64,000 bases of DNA. Origin: Octopus vulgaris (taxonomy: Eukaryota). The DNA lies in assembly GCA_951406725.2 (NCBI GenBank), contig OX597823.1, positions 3,782,001 through 3,846,000 of the forward strand. The letters are read 5' to 3'. Below the pieces are notes generated by a model. The model saw nothing but the letters and a program-made list of their open reading frames with translations. It made no database searches and had not been told where the DNA came from. Position numbers and translations under genes: made by a program. Positions 52,665 to 64,000 of this stretch are shown here, one piece after another (position 1 is the stretch's first letter; each line of letters begins with the position of its first letter).

Positions 52665-52940
52665 TTCCCACTACAATCTCTTTGGAAAATCAAAGAAAAA
52701 GAGAATAATTATGGACAACTGCTTCGAAACTTCCAACTTCTATACCCAGATTATAAATTCACATTTATACCAATAATAATTGGTGCCGTTGGTTCTTCTG
52801 TAAGTAAATGCCGAAGTGACAATATGGATAATCTAAGGTTTCCAGAAGAAAAATCGACCAGCAAATTCACACATAACAAATACAATCTACAAGTGGAACA
52901 GTAAAAATATGCAAAAACTTTTCTCAAGTTTAAAATGTTT
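52665..52940 (+). mobile_element. R4/Dong-like LINE 3' fragment (REL endonuclease end)
   Basis: KEKENNYGQLLRNFQLLYPDYKFTFIPIIIGAVG. Confidence 0.65.
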
Positions 52941-53296
52941 TTGTTATTAACATTATCAACAGAGTTTTATATCTTTGTTAGAAACCAGCTTCTTCCTCAG
53001 AGGAAGATTTTAAATAACGAAGAACTGAAGAGAACATACATGCGACGTTTATATTGTTGAATAGTATATTCCTGGTTATGGTATACAACTGTTCAGAAGC
53101 ACTGATGCGCTTCTGGTCAGCATGTCTGCAGAGTCATCATAATACCAAGTGCAATGGTAGATACAAAACCAATGGTAACTTCCTGACTGGTTATACTGCC
53201 ACAACCAGGAAGATACAACTTAAAAATACAAAAGTATAACTAATCCAATTCTCTTTAAGAATGTTTTTTTTTCTTGCTTAAAGACAACTGACGGAT

Positions 53297-53329
<33 letters not shown>

Positions 53330-54695
53330 GGGGGGAGAATATGAGGGGTTTAGTTCGCTAGTGATCTAAACAAATAGGTACGCTGAGTAAGTGCTATAAT
53401 TGGTCATCCGTTAGGTTCCAAGTTCACAGCTGAGGTTGGAGCTAGGGATCTGTATTAGGCTTTTAATATATACCTTAGTAGGTATAAGTGGAAAAGGACA
53501 ACAAAAACCAATTCATGATGAGTATCTCAAGTCATTTATAATAATTTAGGGTAAGGTGTCTTCAGAGACAAGGTGAGTATGGATAAAAGTTCCAAACAGG
53601 GAAATTCGCATTTTATAAGGAATAAAATAGAAGAATAAAGAGTAGAAGTAGATAGAAGAATACAGACAGGAGAATAAAGTTCAAAGTTCATCTTTTTCCA
53701 GAGGATATGGAGGTTAGTCTGTGCTTCCATGAAGGTGTGGGCCCTTAGGTATAATCCCAGGTGAATCCAGGCAGTATTTTGAATGATGAGTTCATGTTGA
53801 AGTATAAATGGCCCGTGTGGGTATGCAGAGTGAGAAAGACAGACATCAAGATAGACAGAAGTGGATTGTGAGTGAGTGGATAGAAGAGAGACGGGAGAAA
53901 GAGAGAAAAGACAGGAATGGGAGATAAGTACGGTGGTGGTGGTGGTGGGGGAGAATGAATGTAAAGCAAAAATCAAAAATCAACAACAGAAAATAAAAGA
54001 AATAAAAATGAAAAGAATAAAGAGAGAGATAAGATGCCAGTATTATTCTTCATAAGTGTTGGTTCAGGGTGAGAGGTCAGGTGTTAAAGTGGAGGAGGAG
54101 GGTATGCATATCTATTAATTAAACAGATGAAATCTAGGTTAGGTGTAATCAGTGGTCAGTAGGGATAACGAAAAATAGATGCCTAGCTTAAGGGGGTGTA
54201 TATAGGATGAAACTACAATTAAATGGATAAAGGATTCAAATTAAAGAATTAAAATTTAAAAGTTAAATAAAATTTTAAAATAAAATTTTTTTTTAATTAA
54301 AAATTAAAGAATTAAAGCTAGCTAGCTTCTAAGATATTTATGTTGATAGAGAAGAAAGGAAAGGAAAAGCGTACATATATTGTAACGACCATGGCTGCAT
54401 ATAAGCAAGTGTTATGTGTGTTGATTTTACTTGTATTTGGACTTATGGAAAAATCTAGAGGTGTAATACAACTTATGCTTACATGTAGAAAATGCTTCAT
54501 GTTGTTTATTGAGTAATTATGGTAAATTATGAATTAATATTTGGAGGGTGGATCTAATTGGTTTGGCTGCCAGCACTTAAAAAAATCAAAGTTTATTGAA
54601 ATTTTTACAATTTGGCTCAATAATATACTTTTCTAAGCTGAACTGCTGGAGTTATTTCACTTTTTCCATAAAAATGATTTTACAAAGTTATACAA

Positions 54696-56662
54696 GTTAG
54701 TTAGTTAGTTAGTTAGTTAATTTGGCTCAAAAGCAAATAGCAAGGCCATGTAGGGGGACATGGAGTTAAGTACAGGGTGGTGTTCATGTAAAGAGTTCAG
54801 GCCACTTGAGGTCCAGGGAGGCTTTGAACAAAGCAGTCGTCGGCATCTTCACCATCTCGTCTGGCAGCTTGTTCCACGGATCCGCAACCCGGACGGAGAA
54901 AGCTCCTCTCCTTCGATTGAGATGAAATCGTCGCAGGTAGAGCTTTTCGGAATGACCCCGCAGCCGACGCTCCGGAGCAGGAGTGAAGAACAGCTCTTTC
55001 GAGAGGTTACACTTTCCGCTTATGATGTTGTGGGCGAGAATGAGATCACTACGGCGGCGGCGTTTTTCAAGAGAATAAAGGTCGAGCGTCCTCAGCCTTT
55101 CTTCGTAGGACAAATTTTTGAGACCATGAACCATGCGGGTAGCCAGCTTCTGGACTCTTTCGAGATGCTGTATGTCTTTGAGGAGATAAGGAGAAGAGGC
55201 TTGAATCCCATACTCCAATATGGGTCTCACCAGCGTGACATAGAGTGGTAGGAATATGGCTGCTGTGAGCATTCCGAATGACCGTCGAATCAAGAACAGA
55301 ATTCCGCGTGCTTTGTTTTGTTGGCAGCATGGACGCACTGGGCCGAAGGCGAAAAGGAGGAATCCACCAAGATACCTAGGTCCTTTACCTGATCGGTCCT
55401 CTCCAGCAGCAGACGACCCGGCTCGAAATCAAGTTGAGTTGCAGGAGTAGAGCCGACAGGCAGATGACAGCACTTTGACACGTTCAGACACAGGTCCCAA
55501 TCGTTAGACCACTTCCAAATTTGGTGGAGGCATCGACGAAGATCCTCTATATTACCGCGAGGAGCGACCAGTTTGATATCGTCGGCAAATAGAAGGGTGT
55601 GTTGCGTGAGGTCGTCGGGCAAGTCATTTATGAAGACTAAGAACAACAAGGGCCCAAGCACTGAACCTTGAGGCGCGCCACTGCTCGCACTGGAGACGTC
55701 GGACCGCGAACCATTAACTTGGACTTGGAAGGAGCGATCTGAGAGGAAGGCACCAACCCATCGTACAATATCCGGATGGAAACTATATGCTTGAAGCTTG
55801 ACAAGTAATAGGCGGTGGTTTACCGAGTCAAAAGCTTTGGCAAAGTCCAGTAAAACGATGTCAACAGCATCACTATCATCGAGGATGCGCGTCACCAATT
55901 CTTCCATTACTAGTAAGTTGGTCAAGCATGATCTCTTCGGCACGAAGCCGTGTTGGGAATCAGAGATAGAGGCTGTGTTTAGGAGGTGGAGCATCATACT
56001 TTTCTTAAGGATGGTTTCGAACATCTTGCTGATTATTGATGTAAGGGAAACCGGTCGGTAGTTAAGCGGGTCTTCGCGGCTCCCTTTCTTGAAAATTGGG
56101 CAGATTATCGCTGTTCTCCAGTCTGCAGGTATAACACCCGTCGCCAATGACATATTGAATAGTCGTGTTAAGGGCTCGCAGATGACCGGAGCCAACGCTT
56201 TGATAACCCGTGGGTGTATGCCGTCAGGGCCGTGACCCTTGTTGACATCGAGGCCTTGAATAACACGTTTGACTTCGTCCCGCGTGATGACCAATCGAAG
56301 CATTGGAGGTACCGATCTATCAAATGGAGGGGGTTCACGACCATCATCTTGTTTGAAAATAGTTGAAAAAGCCTGGGCAAATAATTGACTCTGTTGGTAA
56401 GGGTCCTCAATCGATACGCCTGTTGAGTCTACCAACGTTGCAATCTGGTTGTTCAAGCGGGAATTCCGCTGGACATGGGCAAAGAAGGTTTTTGGATTGC
56501 TACTGGCATTTGCCGCGATTTTGTATTCATAACTGAAGCGTTCTTTCTTTTCGATTTTCACGGCTCGGTCTCGTTGAGTTTTGTACACCTCAAAAGCTGC
56601 AGTCGAATCCAGATTTTTGAATTCAGCCCAAGCAATATCTCTGAGTCGACGTTCTCGTTTAA
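54696..56662 (-). mobile_element. CR1-clade LINE, 5'-truncated copy of the 29-32 kb element
   Basis: ORFs 55290-56588 and 54784-55338 differ from the first copy at only a few residues; (CTAA)n tail at 54696-54720. Confidence 0.97.
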
Positions 56663-57254
56663 AGTTTAAAGTTTGATCATGTTTAACCAGTCACAAAACA
56701 GAAAGCTTTCATTTTGTGCATGACTGTACATTTTGTTGTCAACATCCTGAAAACAGCACCTGTTGCCGATATTTGTAAACAACACGTGTTTTGTAATTTG
56801 AAGCATTCAATATGCATGTAATGCAATAGCACGAACTTAAAAAATTTATCCAAAAAACATTACTTAGCTATTATTTTTAGCACACACCACAGCTAATTCA
56901 ATTACAAAAAGAAACAAGTAAACCAGTAGTTTTAAACATTCGATATACATTTAATACAAATGTGATGAACAACACGTTACATGTGATAAATACATTACCA
57001 TTTTCTCCCATAAATGGTTTTAAGAGAAAGCTTTCAAAAAATTAAATGTGATTTGTAATAGAGATTGATTCTGTTTACTGAATGGATTAAACAATATTTC
57101 AGAGTGTCTGTCTTCCTCAGGTTCAAAATGTACAATGTAGAAGGTATGCAGGATTTCCTCATTCACTGTCATTGCTATTGTTATTATTTTAACAACAACA
57201 ACAATAATAATTATAATTATAATTATTGTTATTATTATTATTATCATCATCATA

Positions 57255-57435
57255 AAAGCAGCAAGTTTAGCTGCATTTTGCTCATGTTCAAATTCTGACA
57301 AGGTTGATTTTGCCTTTTATCCTTTCAGAGTCAATAAAACAAATACCAACCAAGTACTGGTGCTGATGTAATCAACTAACCTCTCCCCTCAAAATAGCCA
57401 GTCATCTGCCAAAACTGGAAAGAATTATTATTGTT
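57255..57435 (+). mobile_element. SINE family B, diverged
   Basis: GTTCAAATTCTGACAAGGTTGATTTTGCCTTTTATCCTTTC...AAATACCA. Confidence 0.75.
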
Positions 57436-57829
57436 GTTAGTATATGTGAAAGTAAGGGAGGTCTAGTAATCTCTTACTTATTCGGAATCTTAGATAAAGT
57501 TCAACTCATACATCCCACAATTCCCTATGATTAAATGGCAATGAGGAAATGATAACCAAAACAAATATGCAAAGGGGAAGAGCATGGGAGACTTCAAGGT
57601 CAACAATTACAATGATGATGATGATGTAAATGACAAAATGATCATGATGACAGTAGTGATAACGATGATTATGGTGAAAATGAAGAGGGTGATGTTCTCT
57701 GTGGTGATAATGGCAGCAGAGGGATGATAAGGATAATTTGGAGATCAACAGCTGTAATTCTATAGGCTCATTCTGAACTTTACAGAAATAGGACGGCTTG
57801 CTGTGCTAACCTTGGATCATAGAGTGACC

Positions 57830-58233
57830 AGCTGTTCTTGAGGAGACCTATTGACTCAAGTACGTCAACACCAACATCAAAATCAAAATAAAAATCAAAT
57901 GGAAATTGTAGTTATGATACCTGTGACACGTAAAAAGCACTGTCCGAACGTGGCAGATGCCAGCACCGCCTGACTGGCGTCCGTGTCGGTGACGCATAAA
58001 AGCAGCAACTGATCGTGGCCGTTTTCCAGCCTCCTCTGGCCCCTGTGCTGGTGGCACATAAAAAGCACCCACTACACTCTTGGAGTGGTTGGCGTTAGGA
58101 AGGGCATCCAGCTGTAGAAACACTGCCAGATCAGACTGGAGCCTGGTGCAGCTTCATGGCTTCCCAGACCCAGGTTGAACCGTCCAACCCATGCTAGCAT
58201 GGAAAACGGATGTTAAACGATGATGATGATGAT
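57830..58233 (+). mobile_element. (GAT)n-tailed retroposon 3' region (V-SINE-domain-like motif, RTE-type tail)
   Basis: GTTGGCGTTAGGAAGGGCATCCAGCTGTAGAAA resembles the V domain; ends CCATGCTAGCATGGAAAACGGATGTTAAAC(GAT)n. Confidence 0.75.
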
Positions 58234-58239
58234 TTATTG

Positions 58240-58349
58240 TTTGTAAGCCTAGAACTTATCCTATCGGTCTCTCTTGCCGAACTACTAAGTTACGGGGATG
58301 TAAACACTCCAATGTCGGTTGTCAAGCGATCACGGGGAGACAAACACAG

Positions 58350-58382
<33 letters not shown>

Positions 58383-58558
58383 TATACATATATATAAGAC
58401 GGGCTTCTTTCAGCTTCCGTCTACCAAATCCACTTACAAGGCGTTGGTCGGTCCAAGGCTGTAGTAGAAGACACTTGCCCAAGTTGTCATGCAGTGGGAC
58501 CGAACCCGGAACCATATGGTTGGTAAGCAAGCTACTTACCACACAGCCACTTCTGCAC
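58240..58558 (-). mobile_element. SINE family A
   Basis: Head, internal (CA)n and partial 3' part. Confidence 0.9.
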
Positions 58559-59704
58559 CACACACATACACACATACTCACACACACACACACACATATA
58601 TATATCGCTATGGATTAATTTCTTGTTTTGTCAGGGAAATATGTACCCCATGTTTCAGGCTGTTTATGTAATACACATTACCAACAACTACCACAAGGGA
58701 GCTTATGTTTATATGCTACAAACATACATATGTATGTACAAAACAACATTCATGCTTGCACACACAAGTATGCATACATATCCAAACACACATGCACACA
58801 CTCTCACACACACACGTGCAAACACACACACATATACTAGTGTATGTGCAAAGTACATCTTAGTCGTACTTACACATAATTGTGTATATATCTTCAATCT
58901 TACAAATTTGCTCGACAGGATATATAGGTCTATGTAATTCTGGAAACCGACAGCTTTCAGACACAGATATGCACACACACACACCACACAGGCAAACATG
59001 CACATGCGTGCACACACACACACACACTTATGTACACACAAACACGAAACATATTCACGATCACACAACACAGGTATATACACAGAGACACATATAGGCA
59101 CACACATACACACACATATGCTTATATATACACACACACATATATACACATGTGTGCACAGACACACACATGCACAAGCACATAGTTATGCATACACATA
59201 CATATATATATATATATACACCAGTCTGCAATCCCACATACCCAGGTGTATATATGCATATGTGCATGTGTGGTGTACCAGCATGTATGATGGACATATA
59301 TGCATTCTGTGCATGTTTGCATCCTTACACATTCACTTTCGGTATATAGCTCTGTATGTTTTAGGGTGTATATTTCCACAAGACAAACTCAAATACATAG
59401 CTATCAACACAAGTTTGGCACCACATCAAATACACCGACAACTACAACAACACCACAACTATCAACCTTCACCACAAACCGGCACCAGCAACAACAACAA
59501 CCATCAATCCAAATCTTTCTGATACGATCCAGTGGGGAATATAGCTCTCTCCTGAGTGATAATTTTGGATGTTAGGTAAAGTAGAACGAGATGAAATTCC
59601 CCAGGATGATAATGATTATACACTCAAATATATGAATGTGTGTATGCATGTACAAATACATGTATACACATACACAAATGTATGTATGTGTGTCTATATA
59701 TGTG

Positions 59705-59746
<42 letters not shown>

Positions 59747-60024
59747 ACAATTGAGGGTAAAATTAATTAATTAATCAATTTCACCAAGTATTCAGTATGC
59801 AAAGGGACCATTTAAGGCGAATTCAAATTATTACATTATATAAAAGGGCTTAGTAAAATAAATTACTTTGCCGCATACTGAACTCATTAGAAATAGCAGC
59901 TAAAAAAACTTTTTTAAACTATTTCCAATACTTAAAGAAAATCTCTCTCATATAGTGCTTGTTCAATTCAACTCACGAAAGTATGAGGGTAGAAACATTA
60001 AAAAATCAAATGCAAAGGTTATTT

Positions 60025-60075
60025 GAGAACGTACGTTTCAAGATTAGTCAAACTCGACACTTCTATCATCAGCTC
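60025..60075 (-). ncRNA. Minimal type I hammerhead ribozyme
   Basis: Exact reverse complement of 60467-60517. Confidence 0.75.
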
Positions 60076-60466
60076 AGAACTCCCTGGTTTGGATTTGAAA
60101 ACACTGAAAGCAGGAGCATACCCATTCGGCTTCCCATCGCCTCCGAAGATCTACTCGCAACTAACAGTGCCAGCAAATTCAAATATGCAAGCGAAGAATT
60201 TCTGCTCTCCCCCTTCCACCAGCGTGGGTTACAATCAACAAACAACATGCTTTTTTTCGGTAAAATCCGAGGCATTAAATAGAGAAAGATGAATTATAAT
60301 TTCAACAATTGAGGGTAAAATTAATTAATTAATCAATTTCACCAAGTATTCAGTATGCAAAGGGACCATTTAAGGCGAATTCAAATTATTACATTATATA
60401 AAAGGGCTTAGTAAAATAAATTAAGCTCCTGCTTTCAGTGTTTTCAAATCCAAACCAGGGAGTTCT

Positions 60467-60517
60467 GAGCTGATGATAGAAGTGTCGAGTTTGACTAATC
60501 TTGAAACGTACGTTCTC
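60467..60517 (+). ncRNA. Minimal type I hammerhead ribozyme
   Basis: GAG-CTGATGA-TAGAAGTGTCGAGTTTGACTAATCTT-GAAACGTACGTT-CTC: intact core, stem II pairs AGA/TCT and GTC/GAC, palindromic stem III AACGTACGTT, GUU triplet, stem I GAG/CTC. Confidence 0.75.
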
Positions 60518-60839
60518 AAATAACCTTTGCATTTGATTTTTTAATGTTTCTACCCTCATACTTTCGTGAGTTGAATTGAACAAGCACTATATGAGAGAGA
60601 TTTTCTTTAAGTATTGGAAATAGTTTTAAAAAAGTTTTTTTAGCTGCTATTTCTAATGAGTTCAGTATGCGGCAAAGTAATTTATTTTGTCTCATTTGTA
60701 TCTATGAAACTTTGAGTAATGGGGGTCTCAGTCAACCTGTTATTAAATATTCACAATTCTGAGTACTTGAGTTATGTTCTAGTTTCTTACATTTGTTCAT
60801 CTCTCTCTCTCTCTCTCTCTTTCTCTAATAGATATATCT

Positions 60840-61260
60840 TGACCTTCGTGGTATGGTGGACCCGTTTGAAAGGGCTAAAAAAGTCAGACACTTTCCTCTT
60901 TGGCCAAGGCTTCATCAACTTTTTCAAGTTCCACTTGAAAAGGAAGATGAGAGTAAAGAGGGAAGTGCTGTCTCGCAGCAAATTTATTGAAAGGTGGGTG
61001 AATGTCGGAAGAATGGCCAGTATGAACGGACCAATTCTGCGGATACACCTGTAAAAAAAAAAGGTAATATAAAAGGAGAAAGGGGCTCTCTACTCCCCTT
61101 TTGTCCAGGCTCCTGTGGCTTTTATGGGTTTTTCCATGAGTAACCTTTCGAAGTGCCTCCCCCTATTGGGAGTTTTCACTTGTTATCTTGCATTTTCAAA
61201 CGGACAAAACCCTTTTTGTAACTTTCGTCCTGTATTTTGTCCTTACATGTTTTATTTGAT
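60840..61260 (+). mobile_element. Possible L1/Tx1-like LINE 3' fragment
   Basis: VVWWTRLK...FFKFHLKRKMRVKREVLSRSKFIERW resembles Tx1-type ORF2 C-termini; T-rich 3' region follows. Confidence 0.45.
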
Positions 61261-61289
61261 TTTTGTTAGACCTTTAATTAATAATTAAT

Positions 61290-61760
61290 TATTATTATTA
61301 TTATTATTATTCAGGTCACTGCCTGGAATGGAACTTGGAATCTTAGGATTAGTAGCCTGCGCTCTTAGCCACTATGCCATCTGCCCATGAGCAATTATGG
61401 AGTAAATTTTAGGGCTTATAAATCTAATATTTTCCTATCCTTCCTTAATACCGGTCCCCATATGCTACTTATATCTGCACTCGGTCTACTTAGGAGGTTG
61501 TTGTGTCCTAGCATATGTTCTGCTTCTTTTAGTTTCCATATTTTCCAGTGGTGTTCTCTATTTTTTTAACTTCATCCCACAGTGGGAGGTGGTCTCCATT
61601 TTTCCATACATGATCAGCTATACCCAATTTATCAATATCTCCTCGTGTCACAGCTTTGCAACGTTCCTCTGCCCTTATTTTGAGGGGGCGGCATATTTCA
61701 CCTTTGTATAACCTACCACAGCTGCATGGGATGGAGTACATGCAGTTTTTGATAAGTTTC
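61290..61760 (-). mobile_element. Penelope-like element: GIY-YIG endonuclease relic followed by a tRNA-like segment
   Basis: MYSIPCSCGRLYKGEICRPLKIRAEE...GIADHVW; then on minus TGGCATAGTGGCTAAGAGCGCAGGCTACTAATCC...AGTTCCATTCC and (AAT)n. Confidence 0.85.
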
Positions 61761-61774
61761 TCTTCTATCGACCA

Positions 61775-61985
61775 AATAATAATAATAACAACAACATTGG
61801 AAAATACCTTAGGAATGAGAACCCGGGTTCAAAATTTCCCCAAGACACCTGATGAAGGCTGGAGAGTATATCAGCTAAAATGTGTTAACAACAAACAAGA
61901 TGAGGACAAATAACCGTCAAATGTAAATAATGTAAATAATGTAAATAATGTACATAATTCCTCATCTCTTAAATATAGAACTGAA
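61775..61985 (+). mobile_element. Penelope-like 3' segment with decayed hammerhead
   Basis: Starts with (AAT)n; ACAC-CTGATGA-AGGCTG-GAGAGTATAT-CAGCT-AAAATGTGT (GAAA decayed); tandem TGTAAATAA repeats near the end. Confidence 0.6.
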
Positions 61986-62926
61986 ATATCCATCTGTGGT
62001 ACATCCGCTAATCAACGGAAATGAATTAATGATGATGTCCAACCGGATGGCTATGGATACTATGGACTACACTGTAATCATCCCAGGATTACAGACTATA
62101 ATCTTAAGAGCAATGTGATTTGTGGAAACGTGCATAGTGATGCATTAAAATGTTAATCGATTCCATCCATGGATTCTTCTTCTTATTATTATATTTATCC
62201 TACATTATATCGGTACAACTTGATGTAACCCCGAAAAACTGGCTCGCTAGTCAGCATTATTAGATGGTGGTCGGCACAATGGAATAGGACCTCTATTTGT
62301 ATATTCAATACGTCACCCATAAACAAATTTAAAAGATATATATATATACATGCGAGCATGATTGCATACATATGTATACATATGCATATATGTATTTGTG
62401 TGTATATTTACATCTTACATATATATATCTGTATATGTATGTAGTCTGTGTACATCCATCTGTGTATTTTAATGTACATATGTATATTAATGGTTTAGTA
62501 TGCGTATATACTGTTGTAAAATATTTACGTAATGCAGCGTGAGAATTTTAATTTTAATGTATTAATTGTACTAATTGAATTATATTTCATATATAATTAT
62601 TTGCAATATGTATTTTGAATCCGATCTTCGATTTAAGGTTTTCCTCGATTTTTATAATCTGATGAATTTATATTGAATTCATTTATTTTGTTCATTGTAT
62701 GCTTAAGACCATTAATTGAAAGGACCAATGAAACAAATTCATTTTTAAAGGTGTATCCTTTAACTAGTTTTGATCATATCGTTATTTCTGTTCTATTTTA
62801 ACAAAACTGTCTGCTGTACGGGAACGTGAAACTCTGAGTAACAGCTTTTGTTATATTTCTGCTGCTTTTAAATAAAGTATATATATACATATATATATAC
62901 ACACATACATACATATATATATACAC

Positions 62927-62981
<55 letters not shown>

Positions 62982-63309
62982 GACATATATATATATAATA
63001 AGTGAGTTAAGTAAGAGGTTATAACAACCGTCTATGGGATACTTGTATCCAGTGAATCCACTGGTGTATTACCTACACACCAGCATTGGTATTACTGCTC
63101 ATAAATGATGGATAATGACAAGAATAAACAAAGGTTTATCAATATTCAAGGAAAGCAGAAAATGGAGATAAATTTGATGAATAACAACTGATTTACATCA
63201 ATTATCATTTATTAATTAATTAAAAAAAGACAGAATCTCAACTTACTGCGGCTTTTGTTAGCTTGATCTATAGGCTAACCTTATGTATATCTATCTATCT
63301 ATCTATCTA

Positions 63310-63360
<51 letters not shown>

Positions 63361-63363
<3 letters not shown>

Positions 63364-63562
63364 GTGACTGCATGTGTACCGTTGGCGATTTTATTTTCCT
63401 CTGTCTTCTCTTCTCTGGATCTTTCCTTCTCCTATGTTTCCGACGAAGAGCTCTGCTTGAAACGTTAAACCCTCCTTCTTTCCTGAGCATCTAATAATAC
63501 TATATTTGTTCCACGTCCTCACGTTGTTGTGTTTTTTTGTGCTTTCTTGTTTGGATTAACTT
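63361..63562 (+). mobile_element. (TA)n-embedded repeat with degenerate minimal hammerhead
   Basis: GTTT-CCGACGA-AGAGC-TCT-GCTT-GAAACGTT-AAAC at 63436-63470; its 3' end (TTGTTCCACGTCCTC.CGTTGTTGT...GGATTAACTTT) recurs at ~11540-11610, also next to (TA)n. Confidence 0.6.
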
Positions 63563-63796
63563 TATATATATATATATATATATATACGGCAAGAAATAAT
63601 TTTGTCTCTTTTTATGGAAACAAAAGGACTGATAAAAAGATGCGCTCAACATTGAGACAAACATAAAGAAATATTGATTATAGAACAAACATAAAATTCA
63701 AATCAACAACTTTATATATAACACCATACCTCAAACATTCTATCATATATAAATATTACCATGGTTTTCACACATATAAAAATATACAATATACAT

Positions 63797-64000
63797 AGGC
63801 ATAGGAGTGGCTGTGTGGTAAGTAGCTTGCTTACCAACCACATGGTTCCAGGTTCAGTCCCACTGCGTGGCACCTTGGGCAAGTGTCTTCTACTATAGCC
63901 TCGGGCCGACCAAAGCCTTGTGAGTGGATTTGGTAGACAGGAGCTGAAAGAAGCCCGTTGTATATATGTATATGTATATGTGTGTGTGTGTGAGTTTGTG
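63797..64000 (+). mobile_element. SINE family A, running off the window end
   Basis: GGCATAGGAGTGGCTGTGTGGTAAGTAGCTTGC...GGCACCTTGGGCAAGTGTCTTC. Confidence 0.93.

Larger units (their letters stand above)
59746..60688 (-). mobile_element. Hammerhead-containing non-autonomous retroelement (Penelope pLTR / retrozyme-like) with direct and inverted repeats
   Basis: 59746-59865 repeats directly at 60304-60423 (558-bp period); 59855-60117 repeats inverted at 60425-60688; abuts (TA)n. Confidence 0.85.

Noticed and set aside
53536-53976. 146-aa minus-strand ORF in a purine-skewed region
   Set aside because: No recognisable motifs or convincing splice structure; stop-poor because of compositional bias.
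59959-60583. Two ORFs with identical N-termini (MFNSTHESMRVETLK...)
   Set aside because: Produced by the inverted repeat; TTG start, no recognisable domain, and they diverge exactly at the repeat boundary.
61315-61385. tRNA gene calls for this segment and for SINE heads
   Set aside because: Decayed B-box or acceptor stem and embedded in retroposon sequence; tRNA-derived rather than functional tRNAs.

Overview
Eukaryotic, AT-rich, repeat-dominated DNA. The SINE families, microsatellite load and LINE types point to a coleoid cephalopod, most likely Octopus; this is inferred from recalled repeat families, not from a search. No intact host protein-coding gene is supportable. The only host-like signal is a cluster of housekeeping promoter motifs with a possible minus-strand first exon at about 2.6-3.7 kb. 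The rest is transposable-element debris: two tRNA-derived SINE families, RTE, CR1, R4/Dong and Tx1-like LINE relics, mariner/Tc1/Merlin transposase relics, several MITEs with clear TIRs and TSDs, non-autonomous Helitrons and Penelope-related pieces. Most notable: (i) a 558-bp-unit, hammerhead-ribozyme-bearing, retrozyme/Penelope-like insertion with a ~260-bp inversion (59.7-60.7 kb), plus several degenerate minimal hammerheads elsewhere; (ii) a ~6.2-kb, 34-bp-unit satellite that appears to have grown out of one segment of a SINE; (iii) GG...CC MITEs with 8-9-bp TSDs, one an 803-bp palindromic dimer, near a Merlin/ISXO2 transposase relic; (iv) two very similar inverted CR1 copies sharing one frameshift. 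Coordinates were read by eye; relic boundaries are approximate.
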